Below, piece after piece: positions 25,101 to 38,800 of a DNA stretch of 64,000 bases (positions are counted from its first letter, which is position 1; the number at the start of each line of letters is the position of its first letter). The translations under genes were made by a program, and so were the position numbers. The stretch covers positions 23,002,001 to 23,066,000 of the forward strand of contig NW_025963791.1 in the NCBI RefSeq assembly GCF_023055435.1. Reading direction: 5' to 3'. The notes beneath the pieces were generated by a model. It did no database searches. It saw nothing but the letters and a program-made list of their open reading frames with translations, and was not told where the DNA came from. Source of the DNA: Haliotis rufescens. Taxonomy: Eukaryota.

Positions 25101-26828
25101 GGCGTGTCATGTCACACTAGGTTTGAAGGCCAAGTCCAGCTGTAACAGTGATTGTCTCATGGCGTGTCATGTCACACTAGGTTTGAAGGCCAAGTCCAGC
25201 TGTAACAGTGATTGTCTCATGGCGTGTCATGTCACACTAGGTTTGAAGGCCTAGTCCAGCTGTAACAGTGATTTTCTCATGGCGTGTCATGTCACACTAG
25301 GTTTGAAGGCCTAGTCCAGCTGTAACAGTGATTGTCTCATGGCGTGTCATGTCACACTAGGTTTGAAGGCCTAGTCCAGCTGTAACAGTGATTGTCTCAT
25401 GGCGTGTCATGTCACACTAGGTTTGAAGGCCAAGTCCAGCCGTAACAGTGATTGTCTCATGGCGTGTCATGTCACGTTTGATTTGAAGGCCAAGTCCAGC
25501 TGTAACAGTGATTGTATCATGGCGTGTCATGTCACACAAGGCTTTGAAGGCCAAGCCCAGCTGTAACAGTGATTGTCTCATGGCGTGTCATGTCACACTA
25601 GGCTTGAAGGCCAAGTCCAGCTGTAACAGTGATTGTCTCAGGGCGTGTCATGTCACACTAGGTTTGAAGGCCAAGTCCAGCCGTAACAGTGATTGTCTCA
25701 TGGCGTGTCATGTCACATTTGATTTGAAGGCCAAGTCCAGCTGTAACAGTGATTGTATCATGGCGTGTCATGTCACACTAGGCTTGATGGCCAAGTCCAG
25801 CTGTAACAGTGATTGTATCATGGCGTGTCATGTCACGTTTGATTTGAAGGCCAAGTCCAGCTGTAACAGTGATTGTCTCATGGCGTGTCATGTCACACTA
25901 GGTTTGAAGGCCAAGCTCAGCTGTAATAGTGATTGTCTCATGGCGTGTCATGTCACACTAGACTTGAAGGCCAAGCCCAGCTGTAACAGTGATTGTCTCG
26001 GGGCGTGTCATGTCACACTAGGTTTGAAAGCCAAGTCCAGCTGTAACAGTGGTTGTCTCATGGCGTGTCATGTCACACTAGGCTTGAAGGCCAAGTCCAG
26101 CTGTAACAGTGATTGTCTCATGGCGTGTCATGTCACACTAGGCTTGAAGGCCAAGTCCAGCTGTAACAGTGGTTGTCTCATGGCGTGTCATGTCACATTT
26201 GATTTGAAGGCCAAGTCCAGCTGTAACAGTGATTGTATCATGGCGTGTCATGTCACACTAGGCTTGATGGACAAGTCCAGCTGTAACAGTGATTGTCTCA
26301 GGGCGTGTCATGTCACACTAGGTTTGAAAGCCAAGTCCAGCTGTAACAGTGGTTGTCTCATGGCCTGTCATGTCACACTAGGCTTGAAGGCCAAGTCCAG
26401 CTGTAACAGTGGTTGTCTCATGGCGTGTCATGTCATACTAGACTTGAAGGCCAAGCCCAGCTGTAACAGTGATTGTCTCAGGGCGTGTCATGTCACACTA
26501 GGTTTGAAGGCCAAGTCCAGCTGTAACAGTGATTGTCTCAGGGCGTGTCATGTCACACTAGGCTTGAAGGCCAAGTCCAGCTGTAACAGTGATTGTCTCA
26601 TGGCGTGTCATGTCACACTAGGCTTGAAGGCCAAGTCCAGTTGTAACAGGGATTGTCTCAAGGCGTGTCATGTCACACTAGGTTTGAAGGCCAAGTCCAG
26701 TTGTAACAGGGATTGTCTCATGGCGTGTCATGTCACACTAGGCTTGAAGGCCAAGTCCAGCTGTAACAGTGATTGTCTCAGGGCGTGTCATGTCACACTA
26801 GGTTTGAAAGCCAAGTCCAGCTGTAACA
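22187..26828. repeat. 60-bp tandem array, ~77 copies, containing RSAD1 C-terminal codons and stop
   Basis: unit GTAACAGTGATTGTCTCATGGCGTGTCATGTCACACTAGGTTTGAAGGCCAAGTCCAGCT. Confidence 0.98.
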
Positions 26829-26887
26829 ACAATGATGGTATCAAGGTATCCAAAACATCCAGCCCAGTGTCTGAAGCTCGAAGTCCT
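26788..26887 (-). CDS. RSAD1: RSAD1 last coding exon (end overlaps the 60-bp array)
   Basis: [32 protein letters not shown]. Confidence 0.9.
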
Positions 26888-29800
26888 CTGAAATGATACA
26901 TGGTCACAATGAATATATATTCATACAGTTGATTCCTACATAAACTTGCAAAGATGATACACAGCAGCAACTACACTAAATCAAGGCGAGCACTGACAAT
27001 TCAGAATCAGCCCACACAGTGAGTCCTACTTTGATCCAATAAGAAGCCCAAAGTGGTTGGTTGGTTGGTTGGTTGGTTGGTTAACGCCACATTCAGCAAT
27101 ATTCCAGCTATATGACAGCGGTCTATAAATAATCGAGTCTGGACCAGACAATCCAGTGATTGACATCATGAGCATCGATCCACGCAATTGGGATACGATG
27201 ACATGCATCAACCTGGGATACGATGACATGCATCAACCAAGTCAGCGAGTCTGACCACCCGATCCCATTAGTCACCTTTTACGACAAGCATAGTCGCCTT
27301 TAACGGCAAGAATGCCAAAGTGAGTGACCTGGCTTTATATACCCCAAGCTGGCTGATGAGTCATTAAGAGATAAACAGTCCCATTACCATCTCCTCCTAC
27401 CAGGTACCCCTTCACTGCTGGTGAACAGAAGCATATTTCAAACAAAATCTCTTGCCAGAGGAGACTCATTAACAATTATTTTAAGATTTCACATTAGTTT
27501 AAATAAAACATGTTTTTTATGCAATATCTACTATATTTCCATGAGCCTATGGTTTGGGAGAAAAAACCCCAACTAATTAATACTAAAAGCATCTGAAGTT
27601 CTCTTTAACAAGAAACGCCTGTACCGGGTGTCGAGGTGCAGCAAGCCCTGGTCCCGGTAAGACTGGATGGTGCCTGAGTGATGGAAGATGTCCTGAAGAC
27701 CAAGAGGAGAAACCTCCTCCCATCTGTCATGTGATATCCCCCAGCCTGTCCTAAGTCCTACCGCCACCATCTCCTCCAAACTGGACAGAAGAGCAACACG
27801 TCACCTTTCTCACTACGTCCACACTTGAAAGTATCTTTCTTCATACAATCATTCATTTACCAATTCATTACTTTGTTTAGGTCCATTTGGAAATTATAAA
27901 AACTAAAACAAATGCAACTGTTTTTTTCTCTTCCCATTGTAACAAATCAAAGCAACTCAAGAAACTCTGAGTCTGTTCAGAATACTACTTTAAGGCAACA
28001 TGAGTTACCTCCCTTGCTTGTCTCAAAACTCCTTCACAGTCAGTAAGTATCTTTATAGTGGAGAGGGCTCCCAGAAAGGGCTATGGCTGTGAGTTTGAAT
28101 CTAAACGAAGGACTTCTTATCTTGGAGTTTCTTTTCTACACAAGGATGTGTCAATATTTATCAAGTGGAAAAAAATTCTATATTGTACGTTCCTAACACA
28201 TCAAACAAATCCTTGTCATTTATCAAATGATGTTTTGGTTTGAATCATCTTGGAAAATTAATGGTTCTATTTTCCTTGGTCAGGTTCAGTGTCGGAAATA
28301 AAGAAATTGCATTAGAAGCTGCAGACCCCAACTAAGCTCTTTTGGCCCTCATTCAAAACAATGCAGCTTATTGTGAAAGAAAAAAAATAAACACATAGAT
28401 AGAGTCACTGCAGGCATAAGGACCCATACACGTTTGAAACCATGAGCCCAACACAAGATCTACCTGCCACAGGCCTATGGGCAGGGGCTTATTTCAAACA
28501 CTGGGCAAGTCAATATTTTCAGAGCATCGTCACCAGCTTACTGATTTAGAAGTGTCTGTGGAACTATCTTGCGCGTAGCGTTCCCGAAGGCCTCAACCTC
28601 CCTCATCCAGATGTCTGGCTCCAGGGTCTGCACCCGCGCCTGTCTGGTACCCGCCACGTAGAACCTGCCATGGGCACCTAGGACATGATGGACACAGCAG
28701 TAATTAGCATTGTCTAAGAGTTATCTTGCCCCTGACTAGCAATTTGGAAAAAAGTCTCTCTTTTTTTTTTATCATAGTTCTTATTTTCTTAAATTAACAT
28801 TGTATTTTGATATGGAATTCAATGCAATATTATGAAACTAAGCATCAAAATCTCTACCTATTTATTGGTCTTGTTAACAATACAGGTTACCTTATTTAAT
28901 ACTTATTACATGAATTGGGAAATTTATAATTCCAAATCGGGTATTTTTAATGACATTGGCTGCCAGCTTGGGGCCAAATATTGGGCTCTGAGCAGGTAAA
29001 GATAAATCCCTAGGATCCTCCAGGTGATGCCAGAGAGGATTCCCTAGGTGATGACAGTGGATCCCCCAGGTGATGCCAGAGTGGATCCCCCAGGTGATGA
29101 GAGTGGATCCTCCAGGTGATGAGAGGGGATCCTCCAGGTGATGCCAGAGAGGATTCCCCAGGTGATGACAGTGGATCCTGAAGGTGATGCCAGAGAGGGT
29201 TCCCCAGGTGATGACAGTGGATCCTCCAGGTGATGACAGTGGATCCTCCAGGTGATGACAGTGGATCCTCCAGGTGATGACAGTGAGAATTCCCCAGGTG
29301 ATGACAGTGGATCCTCCAGGTGATGACAGTGGATCCTCCAGGTGATGACAGTGGATCCTCCAGGTGATGCCAGAGAGGGTTCCCCAGGTGATGACAGTGG
29401 ATCCTCCAGGTGATGCCAGTGGATCCTCCAGGGGATGCCAGAGAAGGTTCCCCAGGTGATGACAGTGGATCCTCCAGGTGATGACAGTGGATCCTCCAGG
29501 TGATGCCAGAGAGGATTCCCCAGGTGATGACAGTTGACCCCCCAGGTGATGACAGTGGATCCTCCAGGTGATGACAGTGAGAATTCCCCAGGTGATGACA
29601 GTGGATCCTCCAGGTGATGCCAGAGAGGGTTCCCCAGGTGATGACAGTGGATCCTCCAGGTGATGACAGAGTGGATCCTCCAGATGATGACAGTGAGAAT
29701 TCCCCAAGTGATGACAGTGGATCCTCCAGGTGATGACAGTGGATCCTCCAGGTGATGCCAGAGAGGGTTCCCCAGGTGATGACAGTGGATCCTCCAGGTG

Positions 29801-32800
29801 ATGCCAGAGAGGGTTCCCCAGGTGATGACAGTGGATCCTCCAGGTGATGCCAGAGAGGATTCCCCAGGTGATGACAGAGTGGATCCTCCAGGTGATGACA
29901 GTGAGAATTCCCCGGGTGATGACAGTGGATCCCCTAGGTGATGACAGTGGATCCTCCAGGTGATGACAGAGTGGATCCTCCAGGTGATGACAGTGATGAT
30001 CCTCCAGGTGATGATCCTCCACCCTTGCCGAACTAGGCTGGAATTCCGTGGCTCGATCATAGCACCACCAGTGGCTATTACAAGTTATGTTCCTTCTATG
30101 TCCTCCTATTGACCAATCAGATTCCACCTCTCATATCACATGCATTTGCTTCAAACAAAATGGTAGCACCAAGTCAAGACCAAATAAAATGTGCCTTACT
30201 TTGCAAAGTGCATCAAATCACTTGAGCACCTGGATTATAAACATGAAAAGATTTGAAAAATATCTGTTAACGGTACACATGCTCAGAAAATCCTGCAATC
30301 GACCAAAATCTGCACGTCAGTCGCCATGTTGTTTATGAACCGGATGTCGATTTCATTATACGATTTTGACTTGACTATACATAGACCTTTTAGTCCATAA
30401 TTCCAGCCTAGTTCAGCAAGGGTGGGAACTGGACATTTACAGTCAATTGACTCCCGTGCCTCAGGAAGATGGTTCCAGCATGATGCTGGCAAACCAAGTA
30501 TCATGATCAAGGTAAATATCAGATCCATAGGGATGCAACTCTGCACCGCACCTTGAACTTGTTTTTGCTGACTAATATCCTGAATCTCAGTGTGCTTGTG
30601 ACCTACCTGGCCCAACACCTATATATGGCATCCCTCTCCAGTAGGTCAGGTTGTGGGTGCTGTATGCTTCCTGGTGAAAGACATTATTATCAAGATAAGT
30701 GTTGTTATTTATCTAGTTTCATTGAATTGTTCTATAATGAGAATTAGGCACACAGTAGGTCTGTCCAAAACAGACCCTCTCGGAACTCAAATTTAGTCAA
30801 AGAGTTTAGTTTAAGCAGAAGTATTAGTGAATGAGTTTGGTTTGATCTCTGATGCATCTTCTTTCATGATCACAGCTGGTGGGGGGTGGGGGGGGGGTGG
30901 GGGGGTGGGGGGTGGGGGGGGTTGGGGACCAAGAATTGGCTTCACACAGAAGGGAGGTCAAAACGGCCGTATGTCAGAAGGCCTCAAAACCTCAAAAGGT
31001 AAAGTCACAATGGCCTCAACAAGAAAGTCAAAAGGGCCACACAAAAAATATAGACAACAAACTCAATTATTAAGTCACATTAGGTCTACATTGTCCATAT
31101 AACAAGGAATACCTTTAACATTTAACTATTCTAACTATTCTGAAAGGACAACAAAGAGATTATTTTGCATAGGCGTCAGAAGTGGGGAGGAGTGATGGGG
31201 GGTGGGGGGTGGGGTTGGGGGGTTGGTGGTGTGTGTGTGTGTTATGTGAGGGGTCCAGGACCCCCCAGGGCCACCCTACCCAACCAGGTTTTTGAAGAAG
31301 AAAAAAAAGTAGCCAACACAAAGTCTTAACAATACTATCCTACATTTAGTGATTATATGAATTTTATTGGACTCGAATATTATGATCCTATCAACATACT
31401 TCATATCCTATCTAAGGTATGAAAAGTTACAGGTGCTTATCGCAGCTCACTAGTCACAACTGGTTACCTTCATAATTGGCTACAGAGAAATTAATCTTCC
31501 TGAAGACACGTTTGTGTTTAATTTTGAATCTCTAAACTATTGTTGCAAAATGGCTGTCCATGCGTATTTAGAATCTAAATAACTTAGACGAACTGGTCCA
31601 TAGACAGACAGACAGACAGACAGACAGACTATCACGGACAAAGGACAAAAACATACCACTGACCCTCTGTCACACAATAAATATGGGCTCACTCTGGGAT
31701 CAGGAAGATGTCTTGACTTAGGGTTTTGAGGCCGTTCTGACTACAACACACACAGGTACCCATGGGGACTTGTGCCAGGGCCTTCACCATGATCAGCCAA
31801 CATCAAAACCACCAGGTTAAACAACAGCCCCAGTATTGGTTAACATGCAATAAGCAAGTAGCCCTTGGTCAATTTATTTGTAACTCAATAAATACCGGAA
31901 ATGACAATAAATATATGCTTCATTTCTTATACTTTCTTTTCTATTATTCTTCAGGGGCGGTCAGGTAGCCTAGTGGTTAAATCGTTCGCCCGTCACGCCA
32001 AGGACCCAGGTTCGAATCCTGACATGGGTACAATGTGTGAAACCCATTTCTGGTGTCCCCTGTCGTGATAATGCTTGCTTATTGCTAAAAGCGATGTAAA
32101 ACCAAACTCACTCACTATTATTCTTCAAGTACATGTTAGTGCTGAGTGGAATACACTCTTATAACAAATGTTATATTTGGGATAACACTTTCTTAGTAAA
32201 GTACAGATTCTCGTACATTTTTGGGTTGAGTCCTGTCCAGAAAGTGTTATCCCAAATATAACATGTATTACAATTGACCACTTTCTAAATGGCATTGTGT
32301 ATTCATAGCTTCGGCCATGGGAGCCGTGCCAATTTACACTTGTCAGAGGGGTACTCAAAGTACGTTATCTAGACTACCAGTTGTCGGACTTCCATTTATG
32401 TGGAAGCCTCGGTGGCTGAGTGGGTTAGATCGCTGACTTTGTGTGCTGGCGATCAGGTGCCTCACTCTGGCAAGGGTGGGTTCCAATCCCGGAAATATAA
32501 CATTTCTTACATTTGACCACTTTGTAAATGGCATTGTGTATTCGAATACACTCTTGTTGATTAAGCTTCATTATATGTATGTTTTTCATACCTGTTTTGC
32601 AAAGTTTGACACTTCATATCTCTTGTATTCATGATCGGAGAGAATCTGAAATGTAAAATATATTTTCTGCAAATCATTTTCTTTCCTTGTATGATCACAT
32701 ATTGTTTATGTAATCATTTCTCTGATATGTCTCAGCTAGCCTCTCAGTTTGACTACCATTCATCTTTTAGCCTATATATATTGTTCATTTCTCAGCCTAT

Positions 32801-35800
32801 CGCTTAGCACAGCACCCTGGTTACAGCACAGTACCCTGGTTACAGCACAACACAGTACCCTGGTTACAGCACAGCACAGCACAGCACAGCACCCCGGTTA
32901 CAGCACAGTACCCTGGTTACAGCATAGCACAGTACCCTGGATACAACAGAGTACAGTACCCTGGTTACAGCACAACACAGTACCCTGGTTACAGCACAGT
33001 ACCCTGGTTACAGCATAGCACAGTACCCTGGATACAACAGAGTACAGTACCCTGGTTACAGCACAGGACAGTGAGTGAGTGAGTGAGTTGGGTTTAATGC
33101 CACTTTTAACAGTATTACAGTTATATTGTGGCATGTCAGCTTAATGTGGGAGGAAAGCCTGAAGTGATGCAGGTCTCAGACGTTTACCACTTCGGTGAAA
33201 CCCACAAGCACGGGTATGGTGCTGACAAACCTAGAAATATAATAAGGGCGAACCAGGATTCGAACCCACAATCATATTTTTCTGGCATGCCCAAGGGACT
33301 CTGCACAGGGAATCATTGCACCTTAGACGACTGGGCCACCAGCAGAGGACAGTGTCCAGGGTACGGCACATCACAGTACCCTGGTTACATCACATCACAG
33401 TACCCTGGTTACAGGACAGGGGAGTACCCTGGTCACAGCACAGCACAGTACCCTGGTTACAGCACAGGATAGTACCCTGGTTAGAGGACAGGACAGTACT
33501 CTGTTTATAGCTCAGCATAGTACCCTCGTTACAGCACAGCACAGTACCCTGGTTACAGCACAGCACAGTACCCTGGTTACAGCACAGGACAGTACCCTGG
33601 TTACAGCACAGGACATTTCCCTGTTTATAGCTCAGCATAGTACCCTGGTTACAGCACAGCACAGTACCCTGGTTACAGCACCCTGGTTACAGCACAGTAC
33701 AGTACCCTGGTTACAGCACAGCACAGCACAGTACCCTGGTTACAGCACAGCACACTGGTTACAGCACAGTACAGTACCCTGGTTACAGCACAGCACAGTA
33801 CCCTGGGTGCAGCACGGGACAGTACCCTGGTTACAGCACAGGACAGTACCCTGTTTATAGCTCAGCATAGTACCCTGGTTACAGCACATCACAGTACCCT
33901 GGGTACAGCACAGCACAGTACCCTGGGTACAGCACAGGACAGTACCCTGTTTATAGCTCAGCATAGTACCCTGGTTACAGCACAGTACAGTACCCTGGTT
34001 ACAGCACAGCACAGTACCCTGGGTACAGCACGGGACAGTACCCTGGTTACAGCACAGGACAGTACCCTGTTTATAGCTCAGCACAGTACCCTGGGTACAG
34101 CACAGCACAGTACCCTGGGTACAGCACAGGACAGTACCCTGGGTACAGCACAGCACAGTACCCTGGGTACAGCACAGGACAGTACCCTGTTTATAGCTCA
34201 GCATAGTACCCTGGGTACAGCACAGCACAGTACCCTGGGTACAGCACCCTGGTTACAGCACAGTACAGTACCCTGTTTATAGCTCAGCATAGTACCCTGG
34301 GTACAGCACAGCATAGTACCATGGTTACAGCATGGGACAGTACCCTGGTTACAGCACAGGACAGTGTCCTGGGTACAGCACAGCATAGTACCATGGTTAC
34401 AGCACAGTACAGTCCCCTCGTTACAGGACAGTTCAGTACTATTGTTTTCACATATATCTGCCTACCTGGACCGCAGCCTTGTACATGGTCGCCACATCAT
34501 CGGGGGACGGCATCCGCTAGAAACAGTCACATCAAGACATAGTGCCTGATACAAGTCAGCCTAATTGATATTACATAGAGACATCTTCTTCTTTTATTGA
34601 AGACTTTCTAAAGGAGGACTTATGAATCAACATGGATCTAAAGGAGCTTTTTTCAAAGGTTGCAAAAATATCATTGCAGTGGTCAAGCTCTCATTCCCCT
34701 GTTGTACTGATGTGACCACTGTGTGTTTACCGACATCCTTAAACAGCTATACTGACCACTGTGTGTTTACCAACTTCCTTAAACAGCTATACTGACCACT
34801 GTGTGTTTACCGACATCCTTAAACAGCTATACTGACCACTGTGTGTTTACCAACTTCCTTAAACAGCTATACTGACCACTGTGTGTTTACCGACATCCTT
34901 AAACAGCTATACTGACCACTGTGTGTTTACCAACTTCCTTAAACAGCTATACTGACCACTGTGTTTACCAACTTCCTTAAACAGCTATACTGACCACTGT
35001 GTTTACCAACTTCCTTAAACAGCTATACTGACAGCTGTGTGTTTACCGACATCCTTAAATAGCTATACTGACCACTGTGTGTTTATCGACATCCTTAAAC
35101 AGCTATACTGACCACTGTGTGTTTACCGACATCCTTAAACAGCTATACTGACCACTGTGTGTTTACCAACTTCCTTAAACAGCTATACTGACCACTGTGT
35201 GTTTACCGACATCCTTAAACAGCTATACTGACCACTGTGTGTTTACCGACATCCTTAAACAGCTATACTGACCACTGTGTGTTTACCAACTTCCTTAAAC
35301 AGCTATACTGACCACTGTGTTTACCAACTTCCTTAAACAGCTATACTGACCACTGTGTGTTTACCAACTTCCTTAAACAGCTATACTGACCACTGTGTGT
35401 TTACCAACTTCCTTAAACAGCTATACTGACCACTGTGTGTTTACCAACTTCCTTAAACAGCTATACTGACCACTGTGTGTTTACCGACATCCTTAAACAG
35501 CTTTACTGACCACTGTGTGTTTACCGACATCCTTAAACAGCTATACTGACCACTGTGTGTTTACCAACTTCCTTAAACAGCTATACTGACCACTGTGTGT
35601 TTACCAACTTCCTTAAACAGCTATACTGACCCCTGTGTGTTTACCGACATCCTTAAACAGCTATACTGACCACTGTGTGTTTACCGACATCCTTAAACAG
35701 CTATACTGACCACTGTGTGTTTACCAACTTCCTTAAACAGCTATACTGACCACTGTGTTTACCAACTTCCTTAAACAGCTATACTGACCACTGTGTGTTT

Positions 35801-38800
35801 ACCAACTTCCTTAAACAGCTATACTGACAGCTGTGTGTTTACCGACATCCTTAAACAGCTATACTGACCACTGTGTGTTTACCGACATCCTTAAACAGCT
35901 ATACTGACCACTGTGTGTTTACTGACATCCTTAAACAGCTATACTGACCACTGTGTGTTTACCAACATCCTTAAACAGCTATACTGACCACTGTGTGTTT
36001 ACCGACATCCTTAAACAGCTATACTGACCACTGTGTGTTTACCAACATCCTTAAACAGCTGGGTTCCTCTCTCCAGGGTCAGCTGATAAAGTGACAGGTG
36101 CTTGTCACATATGTCTATCATCTGCATATCGAGAAAACAACAAGTCATCACAAGTTTCTAAAGGATTTCTCTCTGCATCATTTGTCTAGTCCTCCATCTA
36201 TATGTAGATCAAGTTACATTACATAATTCCTAAAAGAGTTTAGCCACTATGAACACATTCTTCATTCATACCAGAAATTATCACTAGTAGGCAGCTACTC
36301 AATAACTCAGTTCAGATGCCACTATTTTAAATCCCTTGCCCATGTATGCCATATTTCATAAATAACAAGGATTTGATATTCTTCAGTTGGGAGGGAATCT
36401 TGAATTTATCCTAAATACATAATTTGTTCCAGGATAATATTGGAAAAAAAATAAAATTCCTTTATGTTACAAAAATAGGTTGGACATGCTGGATGTCCAG
36501 AATAAAATGTCTACTATAACAGGAAAGAATTGTATGAGCTGAAGCAGCAGATGACTAAACACATATTCTGTCTCCCAACAAACCAGTCTGCTATAAACAT
36601 ACCAATCTCATTAAAATCAGATCTTAGTTCTCGCTACAGCTAAACAAAGATCTGAAGACATCTCATTAGGGGTCACATCAGAACGACCTTTCATCCGACC
36701 AATCAGAGCGTCGCTTACCAGATCATGAAAGTGACAGTTGGAATGTGATTTCTCATCATGCAACCTCGAAAACTTTAACATGGGGTATTTCGAAAGATAC
36801 TTACTGGTTTAACGACTGAATCCTTACAATCTTGACCATCTATTAGCCATTCCAGGATATTTTTTTGTTCAGGTTTCAAATTTGTAATCGAGAATTTGTC
36901 AAAATATGCTTCGAAGCGTAGTCGCCAATTTGAAATTAGTGCCGTAAAGCTTGAGAAAGCTGTCTTCTGATAGCTCATTCCATTGGTCGATCAAAGTTCG
37001 CGCAAGGTCGGTCTGACATGACCCGTAATGGGATGTCCTCAGATCTTTGTTTAGCGATAGCGAGAACTAAGATCTGATTTTAATGAGACTGTACACATAC
37101 TTGTCGGAGCTCAGCTAGCCAGGCATGAACAGTCTGTCCTGGAAGACCAAACATCAGATCCACAGACACACGGCCAGGAAACAAGGCCCTACCCTCCCTG
37201 ATACACCTGCAAAATGGATGGGTGAGATGGTGAGATTGGTGGTGAGACGTTAGCGTACCAAGGGTTGTTGTTTGATGTTAAATGCTGCACTCAACACCAT
37301 TCCAGCTGTAGGATGGTGGCCTGTACATAATAGAGTCTGGTGAGTGAGTGAGTTTGGTTTTACGCCGCTTTTAGCAATATTCCTGCAATATCACGGCAGG
37401 GGATACCAGAAATGGGCTTCACACATTGTACCCATGTCAGGATTCGAACCCGGGTCTTCGGCATGACAAGTGAACTCTTTAACAACTTGGCTACCCGACT
37501 GCCCCTAATAGAGTCTGGACCGGGGTTTGAATTTATGACCAACAATCCATGTCACTATTAAGTTGCCTTGTACGCCAAGCCTAGTATTCTAGGGACTTAT
37601 TCTAACTTGAAATCCCCAGGCAGAAACAGAGTGAATATGGTTTCATGCCACTTTAAGCAATGTTCCAGCCTTGTCATGGCAGGAGTACACTAGTAGTGGT
37701 TCACACATTGTATCCGTGGGGAATCAAACCAAGGACTTCAGCATGATGAACAAACAATTTAACCACAAGACTATGCTACCCCCAAGACTACACAGCACAA
37801 TGACAGTATAGAGCAAAACTGTTTATCCTCCCAAATAGAGGTGTCTTCTCCTATTGCCTACAGTGCACTTTGCCTACAGTGTTATCAAGGCACACAATAG
37901 CAAAAATTCATCCCTCTACCCTAATGAACTTATCCAAGCAATACCATTGTCAACAAACAATGAATATTTTTACACGTGTATTAGGCTTGCAGTTTATTTT
38001 ATATATATGAACATAATAAAAAATGGATAATAAATATTTGATACTTCTCACAATGTAAAATCCAAGATTTGATCACCTGATAATCTTATTACACATATAT
38101 ATAGTTTATTATAATCTCCTACTAATTTTGGAGTTTCTCTTATTCTTGTTCAATCTTTTCCATAGCTGGAACTGCTCACTAGCTCCTCATGGGGTTTAGA
38201 TAACAATAGCTTGACTATGAACACAACTATTGTTTCAAAGGATTAATAACTCATGACTACGCACATCTACTGGGTGTTGAGAGGAAATACCAAGCTGCAG
38301 TTTTAACATAAATACCCCACTCAGTCACAGTAAACTGACTCCGAGCCGACAACTCCTTGTTTTAACACCTTAATACCGAGCACCAGGCAGGGTACCAACA
38401 AGTACCATCTTTAAAAGTCGTAAAGTATGATGCGGCCGGGGATTGAACTCTTACCTTCCAGACACTCTAACACTATGCCACGGGGGCGGTCTCTCCATAA
38501 ATGAACAGAAATGTTGTCAAATTATAGTGTCCACACTATTTCACTCTTTGTTTTCATTATGACACAAGCACCAAAATTTTGAATGCCGACAGACTGTTCT
38601 GATAGGTGTAGAGTGCTTCACATAAATCAAATGTTGACAGGCCGAATGCGTGCACTCATTCGTCGTCACTCACCCCTTTCCGTAACCTGTAAGATGACTC
38701 GTCCCCCTATCGATGAGTGTCATGTGCGAAAATATGACAAACCAATCAGAATGCGCGTATGATTTCAAGTTGTTCATCAAAGAATCACTCAGAAATAATT

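Noticed and set aside
22187-26790. In-frame TGA every 20 codons read as a giant selenoprotein or readthrough extension of RSAD1
   Set aside because: Several units carry in-frame TAG and 1-bp insertions, no SECIS was recognised, and the protein already has full orthologue length at the first TGA
22110-26896. Cys/His-rich plus-strand ORFs (CHVT..CNSDCLMAC) suggesting a metallothionein or zinc-finger protein
   Set aside because: Antisense translation of the 60-bp array; scattered TAG stops and frameshifts; the unit derives from the RSAD1 C-terminus on the other strand
28892-30127. 411-aa and 338-aa His-rich ORFs
   Set aside because: Same periodic peptide in several frames; artefact of the 22-24 bp minisatellite
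31693-31740. Possible 48-nt cassette exon on minus ([16 protein letters not shown]) with AG/GT flanks
   Set aside because: Would interrupt the conserved YEVSNFA..HN..YW segment; no homology support; a similar sequence near 30975 suggests repeat origin
36043-36121. Alternative RSAD1 exon-8 end at G|GTAAAC
   Set aside because: Phase 1 is incompatible with exon 9; the GTCAGT donor restores frame and the recalled orthologue spacing
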